Shown here in pieces: positions 19,650 to 30,099 of a stretch of 64,000 nt of DNA. A program made the translations under genes and the position numbers. Within the stretch, counting starts at the first letter, position 1. Each line of letters starts with the position of its first letter. The stretch is from Chthonomonas calidirosea (lineage in GTDB: Bacteria > Armatimonadota > Fimbriimonadia > Fimbriimonadales > Fimbriimonadaceae). The stretch lies in contig CAMAPH010000001.1 in assembly GCA_945859975.1 (NCBI GenBank), forward strand, positions 128,001 through 192,000. The letters are read 5' to 3'. The notes under the pieces are model-generated. The model was not told the DNA's origin. It worked only from the letters and a program-made list of their open reading frames with translations, and searched no databases.

Positions 19650-21428
19650 CTAGGTTTTTCGGGTCCACTTGCCCACGGCTTCGCGAAGCCGTTCTAACCC
19701 ATCAGAGACCGAAACGACCTCCGTGTCGATCACCAAATCGGGCGCTTCTGGCTCCTCGTACGCCGCCGTGATTCCCGTGAAATTGGAGATTTCGCCGGCT
19801 CGTGCCTTTGCATAAAGCCCCTTGACATCCCGCAAGGCGACCGTTTCCAGCGAACACCGGACAAACACTTCTCGAAACGGCTTGCCCACGATCGACCGAG
19901 CCAACTCCCGCTGATGCCGCATCGGCGAAATCAGCGAGCAAACGACCGTCAATCCCTGCCCTGCTAGCACGTTCGCAAGCTCCGCCACGCGGCGAATATT
20001 CTCCGTACGGTCCTCTTCCGAGAATCCAAGATCGGAGTTCATCCCGGCACGAAGGGCGTCCCCGTCCAAAATCACAACCCCGGCTCGGCCGCGGGCAAAT
20101 GCCTCGGCCAAAGTCGATTTTCCTGCTCCGCTCAGGCCCGTCATCCAAAGCACAACACCTGCGGAACTTGACGCAGACGAGTCGCTCGAAATCCGCGTGA
20201 CTACCCCGGCCCCTAAGGTCTCGTTGCTCACGGGGTCGACGAGAAGAAACGCCCCCGTAGCTCGGTTTCGATCGTACAAATCAAGAGAAAGGGGCGAAGA
20301 GGTCTGAATGACCAGGCGGCCAATCTCGTTGAGGCCCAATGTCGAAACGTACTCGCGGTGCAGCGTCTCAGGGTTGATTCGGTAGACCAGTTCTGAAATC
20401 ATTCCAGTTTGCGACTGGGTGCCTGCTAGCACTAGAATCGGTGAGGAAAGCTCAAGCACGCGGTCTGTCATCCAGCAAACCGTTCCTTCGAAAGTGGTGG
20501 TCACCGGGGAGGGATTCCGCGACCGCACGAGCGTCTGCCCTCGAACCAAGTCTAGCTCGTCCTCAAGCTCCACAACGATCGGCTGCCCGGTTGTTGCTTC
20601 CGGGATCGAACCGTCCGCCGTCGAGAGGGCTTTCACTCGAGAGTTCTGTCCACCGGGGAGCGCCGTAACCTCGTCGCCCACCCGAATTGACCCCGAAACC
20701 GGCGTACCGGCATACCCCCGAAAATTCGCTGACGGCCGAATGGCAAGCTGAATTGGGAATCGAAACTCAACCGGAGTCTGGCGCGGCGAAAGTTCAACCG
20801 AATCCAGATACTCCAGCACCGACGGCCCGGAATACCACGGCATCAAGTCGCTGCGGGTCACGAGGTTCGTGCCGGCCAAAGCGCTGACGGGCATGAAGCG
20901 TAGGTCCGCAAACTCCAACTTTGTAACGTACCGACGGATCTCATCCACCCACTTTTCGTACTGGGCTGAGTCATATGCGACCAAGTCCATCTTGTTGATC
21001 AAGATCAGCACGTGCGGAACCCGGAGGAGGGAAACGATGAAGGCGTGACGGAAGGTCTGCACGGTCGGCCCCTTCGTTGCGTCCACCAAAAGAATCGCGA
21101 CGTCGGCGGTGGATGCCCCGGTGAACATGTTCCGGGTGTATTGCGCGTGACCGGGCGTATCGGCAAGCAAGAATCGCCGCCGCTCGGTGGCGAAGTGCCG
21201 GTAAGCAACGTCGATCGTGATCTTCTGACTCCGCTCCGCACGCAAGCCATCGGTGAGCAATGCTAGGTTCACCTCGGTTTCACCGGTTTGCAGGCTCGCT
21301 TTCTCGATCGCTTCGTACTGATCGGTCAGAATTGCGCCGCACTCGAAAAGTAGCCGCCCCAGGAAAGTGCTCTTTCCGTCGTCCACGCTTCCCGCCGTCG
21401 CGACGCGAACTAAAGGTCGCGAATCCAT
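19650..21428 (-). CDS. cysNC: Bifunctional sulfate adenylyltransferase subunit 1 / APS kinase
   Basis: GSVDDGKST, ITIDVAYRHF, DTPGH, NKMD GTPase motifs; C-terminal WMTGLSGAGKST, LDGD, RDVKGLY. Confidence 0.95.
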   Translation of the reverse strand: MDSRPLVRVATAGSVDDGKSTFLGRLLFECGAILTDQYEAIEKASLQTGETEVNLALLTDGLRAERSQKITIDVAYRHFATERRRFLLADTPGHAQYTRNMFTGASTADVAILLVDATKGPTVQTFRHAFIVSLLRVPHVLILINKMDLVAYDSAQYEKWVDEIRRYVTKLEFADLRFMPVSALAGTNLVTRSDLMPWYSGPSVLEYLDSVELSPRQTPVEFRFPIQLAIRPSANFRGYAGTPVSGSIRVGDEVTALPGGQNSRVKALSTADGSIPEATTGQPIVVELEDELDLVRGQTLVRSRNPSPVTTTFEGTVCWMTDRVLELSSPILVLAGTQSQTGMISELVYRINPETLHREYVSTLGLNEIGRLVIQTSSPLSLDLYDRNRATGAFLLVDPVSNETLGAGVVTRISSDSSASSSAGVVLWMTGLSGAGKSTLAEAFARGRAGVVILDGDALRAGMNSDLGFSEEDRTENIRRVAELANVLAGQGLTVVCSLISPMRHQRELARSIVGKPFREVFVRCSLETVALRDVKGLYAKARAGEISNFTGITAAYEEPEAPDLVIDTEVVSVSDGLERLREAVGKWTRKT

Positions 21429-22327
21429 CAGAAGTACCCCTGCAACTTGCGGTCTTCCATCGCGGCGTCCGATCGCTGATCATCCGCCCTTGTGCTCCGT
21501 TCGGTTCGCCGCGAGGCTCGGACTTCAGCAATCACTTCCTCAATCGTGGTGGCCGAGCTATCGATGGCTCCGGTACAAGTCGCGTCGCCGACGGTTCGGA
21601 ACCGAACCGTTCGCACCTCTGGCATATCGTCAGGTTGCAAAGTGACAAAAGGCGTCAGGCCAAGCCAGACCGACCCACGCCGCACAACCTCTCGCTCGTG
21701 GGCAAAGTAAATATCCGGAACCGCCAGGTCGTACTTCTGGATGAACTCCCAAACGTCTAGCTCGGTCCAGTTGCTCAAAGGGAAGACCCGAAAATGCTCG
21801 CCATGCTTCTTGCGGGCGTTGATTAGCCGCCAAACCTCGGGCCGCTGATTTCGAGGATCCCACTGGCCAAAAGTGTTGCGGTGGCTGAAGAACCGTTCCT
21901 TCGCTCGAGCCTTTTCTTCGTCTCGCCGCGCGCCGCCGATGGCGGCATCCAGCCGGAATTCGGCCATTGCGTCGAGCAGGGTTACGGTCTGTAAGCCGTT
22001 CCGGCTTGCGTTCGGACCGACCTCGTCCTGCACTCGCCCTTGATCGATGCTTGCCTGAACCGTCCGGACCTGCAAGTCAAAGCCGTTCTCGGCAGCAAAG
22101 CGATCCCGAAAAACGAGAGTCTCGGGAAAGTTGTGCCCGGTATCCACGTGGAGCAAAAAGAAAGGCCGCGAAGCCGGCCAGAAAGCCCGCTTCGCCAAGT
22201 GCGCCACCACGATGCTGTCCTTTCCACCCGAAAACAGAATCGCGACCCGATCAAAGTTTGCGGCGGCCTCGCGAAGCATGTAGATTGCTTCCGCTTCCAA
22301 CTCCTCGAGGCCCGACTTTAGCACCAT
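21428..22327 (-). CDS. cysD: Sulfate adenylyltransferase subunit 2
   Basis: LFSGGKDS, HVDTGHNF, GGARRDEEKARAKERFFS, VFPLSNWTE, MEDRKLQGYF; stop overlaps the cysNC start. Confidence 0.96.
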   Translation of the reverse strand: MVLKSGLEELEAEAIYMLREAAANFDRVAILFSGGKDSIVVAHLAKRAFWPASRPFFLLHVDTGHNFPETLVFRDRFAAENGFDLQVRTVQASIDQGRVQDEVGPNASRNGLQTVTLLDAMAEFRLDAAIGGARRDEEKARAKERFFSHRNTFGQWDPRNQRPEVWRLINARKKHGEHFRVFPLSNWTELDVWEFIQKYDLAVPDIYFAHEREVVRRGSVWLGLTPFVTLQPDDMPEVRTVRFRTVGDATCTGAIDSSATTIEEVIAEVRASRRTERSTRADDQRSDAAMEDRKLQGYF

Positions 22328-22351
22328 GAATCGAACAGAAGGTTAGCCGAT

Positions 22352-23665
22352 CTAGAGCGTCCAACCGGCACGATAGGCTGGCTTAATCAGCGAATCGTAT
22401 TCGTTCGTGCCCTTCACGGCCATCTTCTTCGCGTCGTATTCCAGCCTTGGACCGTTTGCCCAAACGGCAAGGTTGCCCAGCAAAACCATCTCGGTCAGCG
22501 GTCCGCTGTAGTTCGGAATATTCGACATCGGCGCCGGTCCGCCTTCTGCGGCGAGGAACAACTCCGCCATGTGCCCGGGAGATTTCACGAACTCGACAGT
22601 TGGAAGCGGCGCTCCGCCGAGGATCGTTGTTCGAATGCCGTACTCATTTCCGCAAACCAGCGTCGCCTTTTCGCAAACGATAATCATGCCGTTCTGACCA
22701 AACTTCACTCCCGGAGCGAGTTCCTGGGCAGGCAGCTTTCCGCCGTCGTACCACTGCAAGTTGACCGCCGGTCGATTGCGATTCGCCGCGAACTCGTACT
22801 TGACGATGCTCCAGAGTGGGTAGCTGTCCTTGTTGTGACCCGAAGTCTCCGCCTGAACCGCAACCGGATTGTTCAAATCCAGCGCCATGAACGGCAAGTT
22901 CATGTTGTGGCAGCCAATGTCGCCCAGCGCGCCGCTTCCGAACTCCCACCAGCCGCGCCAAGCGAACGGGTGGTATCCCTCGGCATACGGTCGCTCTGGA
23001 GATGGTCCGAGCCAAAGGTCAAAATCGACTTGCTTCGGTTGCTCCTTTGGTGCTGGCCGGCTGATGCCCTGGGGCCAGAAGTTGCCGGCTCGGTTGGTCC
23101 AGCAGTGAATCTCTTTGACCTCACCAAAAGCCTTGCTCCGAATCAGGTTGGCGACTTGTCGAACGGAGTCATCGGAAGTCGACTGATTGCCCATCTGGGT
23201 GTGCACCCGATGCTTCTTCGCCAGTTCCACTAACCGTCGCGCCTCAAAAATAGTGCGTGTCAATGGCTTTTCGCAGTAAACGTGCTTGCCAAGCTTCATC
23301 GCCATTGCGGCGGCAGGAGCATGAGTGTGGTCCGGAGTGCTGACGATAACGACATCAAGGTCTTTATCGAGCTTCTCCAAAAGCTCACGGAAGTCGGTAA
23401 AGGTGGTTGCTCTTGGGTACTCGATCAACGCCTTCGCGCGCCGATCTGCATCGACATCGCAAAGGGCAATGACATCGCCAAGCTTCGCTGCCGAAGCCAA
23501 GTTCGCGCCGCCTCGGCCACCGATGCCAATGCAGGCGACGCGGAGCTTATCGCCCTTCTTGCGCGTGCCCGACTGCTCGGCTCGCGCCGCCAGCGGCATA
23601 GCGAGCGTAATTCCGGCCGCCCCGGCAAGCTTCAATAGATCGCGACGTGAGGTTTCTTGCGACAT
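22352..23665 (-). CDS. Tat-exported Gfo/Idh/MocA oxidoreductase, paralog of 9958..11262
   Basis: SRRDLLK, IGIGGRG, STPDHTH, YCEKP, GDIGCH. Confidence 0.92.
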   Translation of the reverse strand: MSQETSRRDLLKLAGAAGITLAMPLAARAEQSGTRKKGDKLRVACIGIGGRGGANLASAAKLGDVIALCDVDADRRAKALIEYPRATTFTDFRELLEKLDKDLDVVIVSTPDHTHAPAAAMAMKLGKHVYCEKPLTRTIFEARRLVELAKKHRVHTQMGNQSTSDDSVRQVANLIRSKAFGEVKEIHCWTNRAGNFWPQGISRPAPKEQPKQVDFDLWLGPSPERPYAEGYHPFAWRGWWEFGSGALGDIGCHNMNLPFMALDLNNPVAVQAETSGHNKDSYPLWSIVKYEFAANRNRPAVNLQWYDGGKLPAQELAPGVKFGQNGMIIVCEKATLVCGNEYGIRTTILGGAPLPTVEFVKSPGHMAELFLAAEGGPAPMSNIPNYSGPLTEMVLLGNLAVWANGPRLEYDAKKMAVKGTNEYDSLIKPAYRAGWTL

Positions 23666-23697
23666 AGCGGAGGCAGTTTAGCGGGAACGGAGAAAAT

Positions 23698-24069
23698 TTA
23701 CGAGGGAGAAAGCGAGAGTTCTCGCAGATCTGAGATCGCCTCGAGCGATTCCGCCTCGGTTTCCGGCCAAATTTCGTACGCTCCGGCATCGAAAAACTGT
23801 CCGTCCAGGATCGTCCAGCGACCACTAATCATTTGTCCATCCCACTTGCCCGTGTACCGAACCTGCCAGAACATGTAGTTCTTGATCAGAAAAACATCCT
23901 CGCCGTCATACTCGCCGGTGACCCCAAAGCCGCCGCTCTTGTCCGACCCCTCACCCGAAATTTCGCCCGCGCCGAATCGCAGGGTCATCCGCTGATGCCC
24001 CTTTTCTGGCCCCTGGATCCACCAACCGATCCAAGGCCCACTTTTCGATTCTAAGCTTCCATCCGCCAC
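23698..24069 (-). CDS. Hypothetical small all-beta protein
   Basis: Gly/aromatic beta-hairpin pattern (GPWIGWW, ISGEGSD..GF.VTGEY, YTGKWDG..ISGRW). GTG 24069 lies 6 nt after TACACT. Confidence 0.7.
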   Translation of the reverse strand: MADGSLESKSGPWIGWWIQGPEKGHQRMTLRFGAGEISGEGSDKSGGFGVTGEYDGEDVFLIKNYMFWQVRYTGKWDGQMISGRWTILDGQFFDAGAYEIWPETEAESLEAISDLRELSLSPS

Positions 24070-24257
24070 CTGATTAGTGTACGAGACTAGGACTTTTGCA
24101 GACAATCGGAACACCAGAAAGCGCAACGCGGTCAATAAACCATCGGCTAACTGCCGGTGACAGAAGCATAACTCCTCCTCCTAGACTTGCTCCGCAGCCG
24201 CCCCCCGGCTCGGAGCAGTCTTACTTTGGGCCGCCGGAGATTTTGGTAACGTGAGCC

Positions 24258-24989
24258 ATGGCCCTGCTGGATCTCCGCTACTACAGTCATGCCCTTGGCA
24301 TGCAAACCGCCGCAACCGTCATCTTGCCGCAAGACTCGCTTGGCCCATACCAAGTCATGTTCCTGCTCCATGGCCGGAGCGATGACCACACCATCTGGAC
24401 CCGTCGCACCAGCATTGAGCGCTACGTCGACGGCCTTCCACTGATCGTTGTGATGCCAAATGGTCACCGTGGCTTTTATGTAGACATGGATAACGGCTAC
24501 CCCTATGGCAAGGCCGTCGGAGAAGAACTCCCCGCACTCATCCGAAATTGGTTCTCGACCGTAGATGTGTGGAGCATCACCGGTCTATCGATGGGCGGCT
24601 ACGGCGCACTCCGGACCGCCTTCAACTATCCAGATCTTTTCAAGTCTGCGGTCTCCCACTCCGGCGCCCTCATCAAGTTCGGCGAAGGCATCGCCCTCGA
24701 CCGATCCCAAGAAGACCTCGAGTGGTACCGAACCTTCGGCACCGCGCCCCACGGTGGTCCAAATGATTTATTCCAACTTGCAGAAACGCACAAGGACCAG
24801 ATCAAGATCCGCATCGACTGCGGAACCGAAGATTTCCTTCTAGAAGAAAATCGCCGCTACACCGCCCACCTCACCGAAATTGGGTACGAGCACGAATACG
24901 AGGAATTCCCCGGCACCCATGAGTGGGGCTACTGGGACACTCACGTCCAAGAGGCCATTGCGTTCCACCGGAAAAACCTAAACTTCTGA
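24258..24989 (+). CDS. Esterase, alpha/beta hydrolase (tributyrin esterase / CE1-like)
   Basis: LLHGRSDDH, GLSMGGYGA, DCGTEDFL, PGTHEWGYW. Confidence 0.9.
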   Translation: MALLDLRYYSHALGMQTAATVILPQDSLGPYQVMFLLHGRSDDHTIWTRRTSIERYVDGLPLIVVMPNGHRGFYVDMDNGYPYGKAVGEELPALIRNWFSTVDVWSITGLSMGGYGALRTAFNYPDLFKSAVSHSGALIKFGEGIALDRSQEDLEWYRTFGTAPHGGPNDLFQLAETHKDQIKIRIDCGTEDFLLEENRRYTAHLTEIGYEHEYEEFPGTHEWGYWDTHVQEAIAFHRKNLNF

Positions 24990-25059
24990 TAAAGATTTTT
25001 CGAAAGGCGACGAAATCTTTGGCTTTTTCGGAAAAGTGATGTATAGTCCTGCCGTTCCT

Positions 25060-25161
25060 ATGTCTTCCCAGGTCTTTGGAGTGCGCGTGGTTAGCCAGTA
25101 CGAAGTATTGGTCGGCCTCCTTGCGCTTCTTGGTCTCCTCCTTATTATTGGACCGACCTAG
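25060..25161 (+). CDS. ilv operon leader peptide (33 aa)
   Basis: MSSQVFGVRVVSQYEVLVGLLALLGLLLIIGPT*: 6 Val, 8 Leu and 2 Ile codons. TATAGT at 25042-25047 lies upstream and the attenuator follows directly. Confidence 0.85.
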   Translation: MSSQVFGVRVVSQYEVLVGLLALLGLLLIIGPT

Positions 25162-25162
25162 C

Positions 25163-25217
25163 CCCGGGAAGCTAAAGAATGACTGAAGCCTTCCCGGGAA
25201 ACCGGGAAGGCTTTTTT
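25163..25217 (+). promoter_or_regulatory. Transcription attenuator (antiterminator/terminator) of the ilv operon
   Basis: Terminator AAGCCTTCCCGG-GAAA-CCGGGAAGGCTT with T6 at 25212-25217. CCCGGGAAG (25163-25171) is complementary to CTTCCCGGG (25190-25198) in the 5' arm. Confidence 0.88.
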
Positions 25218-25306
25218 GTTGGGTCCAGCAGTGTCGCTGAGCTCAGCCGCCGAAGGTGGACACCTTCCCCGGTCCGGGTTGGGCAGCGGAAAAACGGACA
25301 ATTTGT

Positions 25307-27030
<1,724 letters not shown>

Positions 27031-27034
<4 letters not shown>

Positions 27035-27519
27035 GGCACACCCAAGAGCACACCGTCACCGCCCTCGTTCACAACGAGCACGGAACCCTGAACCGCATGA
27101 TCAGCCTCTTCCGACGCCGCGGCTTCTCGCTGAGCAGCCTCGCCGTCGGCGACTGCGAAGAGCCCGGTCTGAGCCGAATGTCCATCGTCGTCAACGCCGA
27201 CGACAACATGCTTCGGCAATGCGTCATGCAGCTCGAAAAAGCCGTCGATGTCGTCTCCGTCGAGTCTCTCGATGGCAAGGAATACGTTCACCGGGAACTC
27301 GCCTTCATCCAGGTCGACGCCCCGCCGGAGAAGCGATCCGAGATCATCGACATCTCGCGGGTGCTGAACTGCGAAATCGTTCACCTCGGGCTCAAAACAA
27401 TGACCGTTCAGGTCGTCGCCAACGCCCGCAAAATCCAAGGCCTAATCCGCCTTCTCGAACCTTACGGTATCAAGAAAATAGTCCGCTCTGGCACGGTTGC
27501 CATGAGCGCAGAGGAGTGA
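27031..27519 (+). CDS. ilvN: Acetolactate synthase small subunit
   Basis: ACT domain (NEHGTLNRMISLFRRRGF), C-terminal VRSGTVAM; ATGA overlap with ilvB. Confidence 0.95.
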
Positions 27520-27525
27520 TTCAAC

Positions 27526-28539
27526 ATGGCAAAGGTTTATTACACACAAGACACCAATACTGAGCTGGCTAAGTCACTCAACATCGTCGTTATCGGCTAC
27601 GGATCGCAAGGCCACGCCCACGCGCAGAACCTAAAAGACAGCGGCTGTGAAGTCCGCGTCGCCCTCCACCCGACCAGCAAGAGCATCGCAAAGGCAGAAG
27701 CCGACGGCCTCACCGTCCTAAGCGTCGAGGAAGCCACCAAGTGGGCCGACGTAATCATGTTCTGCACCCCAGACGTGCCGATGCGCGGAATCTATGCCGA
27801 AGCCGTCGCGCCGAACCTGAAACCCGGCACCACCCTCCTCTTCGCCCACGGTTTCAACGTCCACTACGGCTTCATCCAAGCTCCCGAAACCGTCGACATC
27901 GCGATGATCGCGCCGAAGGGCCCCGGACACCGGCTTCGCGCCGAATACGTCCGCGGCGCCGGAATGCCTGCCCTCGTGGCGGTTCAGCAAGACGGCACCG
28001 GTCAGGCCAAAGAGCGCGCCCTTGCCTACGCCTGGGGAATCGGATGCGCCCAGGCCGGCATCTTGGAGACCACCTTCAAGGAAGAAACCGAAACCGACCT
28101 CTTCGGCGAGCAAGCTGTCCTCTGCGGCGGCATCTCCGAACTGATCAAGGCCGGATTCGAGACCCTCGTCGAAGCTGGATACCAACCCGAAGCGGCCTAC
28201 TTCGAGTGCCTGCATGAAACCAAGCTCATCGTCGACCTCCTCTACGAAGGCGGCCTAAGCTACATGCGCTACAGCATCAGCGACACCGCCGAATGGGGCG
28301 ACTACGTCGCCGGACGTCAGGTCATCGGAGCCGAGTCTCGCGCGGCCATGAAGGGCCTACTCTCCGACATCCAAGACGGCTCGTTCGCCAAAAAGTGGAT
28401 CGAAGAAAGCGAGAATGGTGCGCCGACCATGAAAGCCCGCCGAGCCGAAGAGCGCGCCCACCAGATCGAAACCGTCGGTAAAGAGCTTCGCGGCATGATG
28501 CCGTTCCTCGCCGTCAAAGAAGTCCCGTCCGGCTCCTAA
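27526..28539 (+). CDS. ilvC: Ketol-acid reductoisomerase
   Basis: [46 protein letters not shown]. Confidence 0.97.
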   Translation: MAKVYYTQDTNTELAKSLNIVVIGYGSQGHAHAQNLKDSGCEVRVALHPTSKSIAKAEADGLTVLSVEEATKWADVIMFCTPDVPMRGIYAEAVAPNLKPGTTLLFAHGFNVHYGFIQAPETVDIAMIAPKGPGHRLRAEYVRGAGMPALVAVQQDGTGQAKERALAYAWGIGCAQAGILETTFKEETETDLFGEQAVLCGGISELIKAGFETLVEAGYQPEAAYFECLHETKLIVDLLYEGGLSYMRYSISDTAEWGDYVAGRQVIGAESRAAMKGLLSDIQDGSFAKKWIEESENGAPTMKARRAEERAHQIETVGKELRGMMPFLAVKEVPSGS

Positions 28540-28542
28540 AAC

Positions 28543-30099
28543 ATGACCGGAACCGTGCTCGCCACCGAACTTTCTCCGGAGGAATACCTCCGGAGAATCC
28601 GCACCTCTGCGGTTTACAACGTCGCAAGGGTCACGGCCCTGGACGCCGCTCCGCGCCTGAGCCAGCGGCTGCGCCAGCACGTCTGGTTCAAGCGCGAAGA
28701 CCTGCAGCCCATCCATAGCTTCAAAATTCGCGGTGCCTACCAGCGAATGACCGGCCTCGACTCGCAAGCCCTCGCGCTTGGCGTCGTCGCCGCAAGCGCC
28801 GGAAACCATGCCCAAGGCGTCGCCTGGGCCGCCCGAGAACTTGGCACCTCTGCCACCATCGTCGTGCCGGAAACCACTCCCGAGATCAAGCAGTCCGCCA
28901 TCCGCTCCATGGGGGCAACCCTCGAAGTCTTCGGCGACACCTACGACGACGCCTACCATCATGCTTCCGAGATCGCGACCCGATCCGGGCGCGAGTTCAT
29001 CCACCCGTACGATCACCCGGCGACCATCATCGGCCAAGGCACGATCGGCCTCGAGATTTTCAACCAGATCCAAAACGCGGACATCGTGTTCGTTCCTGTG
29101 GGCGGTGGCGGTTTGATTGCCGGCGTCGCCGCCGTGATCAAGCAACTCTCGCCAAACACGAAAGTGATTGGCGTCGAAGCTGACGATGCCGATGCCATGA
29201 CCCAGTCCATGCGCACCGGCGAGCGGGTCGCCCTCTCTTATGTCGGCTCCTTTGCGGATGGCTGCGCGGTTAAGAAGGTCGGCGAAGAGACCTTCCGCCT
29301 CTGCCAAATGTTCGTCGACGACATGATGACCGTCTCCAGCGACGAAATCTGCGCCGCCATTAAAGACGTTTTCGAAGAGCATCGTGCCCTCCCCGAGCCC
29401 GCTGGGGCTCTCGCCGTGGCCGGACTCACCAAGTGGGCACGAACCGCAACGCCCGGACAAAACGCCGTCGCCATTATCTCCGGCGCGAACCTCAACTTCG
29501 ACCGGCTTCACTTCATCGCCGAGCGCACCGCCACCGGATCGGGCCGGGAAATGGTCCTCTCCATCCAGATTCCCGAACAAGCGGGCAGCTTCGTTCGGCT
29601 CTGCCACGCCATCGGCAAGCGCAACCTCACCGAGTTCAACTATCGCTTCGGCGATTCGACCAACGCCACCGTGTTTGCCGGAATCTCCGTCTCTGGCCCC
29701 GCCGATGCCGACGCCCTAAAGCACGGCCTCAGCAAGGCCAAATTCCACTACTCCGACCTGACTCACGACGAGACCGCGAAGCTCCACATTCGCCACCTTG
29801 TCGGCGGCCGCAACCCCGACCCGACCCCGGAGCGGATTTTCCGCGTCGATTTTCCCGAGCGCGCCGGTGCGCTGGCCGCGTTCCTCGATCAGCTCGGATC
29901 GCGCTGGAACATTTCCCTGTTCCACTACCGAAACCACGGCGCCGACCGCGGTCGGGCCCTCGTCGGCTTCCAAGTGCCAACCGAGACCACCACCGACTTC
30001 GACCAATTCACCGTTGCCCAGCCTTTCCCGATGCGCGAAGTGACCGAGTCACCCGCCATCCAAGAATTTCTCACCCACAAAAATCAATATGCCATTTGA
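28543..30099 (+). CDS. ilvA: Biosynthetic threonine ammonia-lyase with two ACT-like domains
   Basis: KREDLQPIHSFKIRGAY, SAGNHAQG, VGGGGL, SGANLNFDRL, WNISLFHYRNHG. Confidence 0.96.
   Translation: MTGTVLATELSPEEYLRRIRTSAVYNVARVTALDAAPRLSQRLRQHVWFKREDLQPIHSFKIRGAYQRMTGLDSQALALGVVAASAGNHAQGVAWAARELGTSATIVVPETTPEIKQSAIRSMGATLEVFGDTYDDAYHHASEIATRSGREFIHPYDHPATIIGQGTIGLEIFNQIQNADIVFVPVGGGGLIAGVAAVIKQLSPNTKVIGVEADDADAMTQSMRTGERVALSYVGSFADGCAVKKVGEETFRLCQMFVDDMMTVSSDEICAAIKDVFEEHRALPEPAGALAVAGLTKWARTATPGQNAVAIISGANLNFDRLHFIAERTATGSGREMVLSIQIPEQAGSFVRLCHAIGKRNLTEFNYRFGDSTNATVFAGISVSGPADADALKHGLSKAKFHYSDLTHDETAKLHIRHLVGGRNPDPTPERIFRVDFPERAGALAAFLDQLGSRWNISLFHYRNHGADRGRALVGFQVPTETTTDFDQFTVAQPFPMREVTESPAIQEFLTHKNQYAI

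Noticed and set aside
24990..25306. T-box or riboswitch upstream of ilvB
   Set aside because: No T-box consensus seen; the leader peptide and competing hairpins explain the region.
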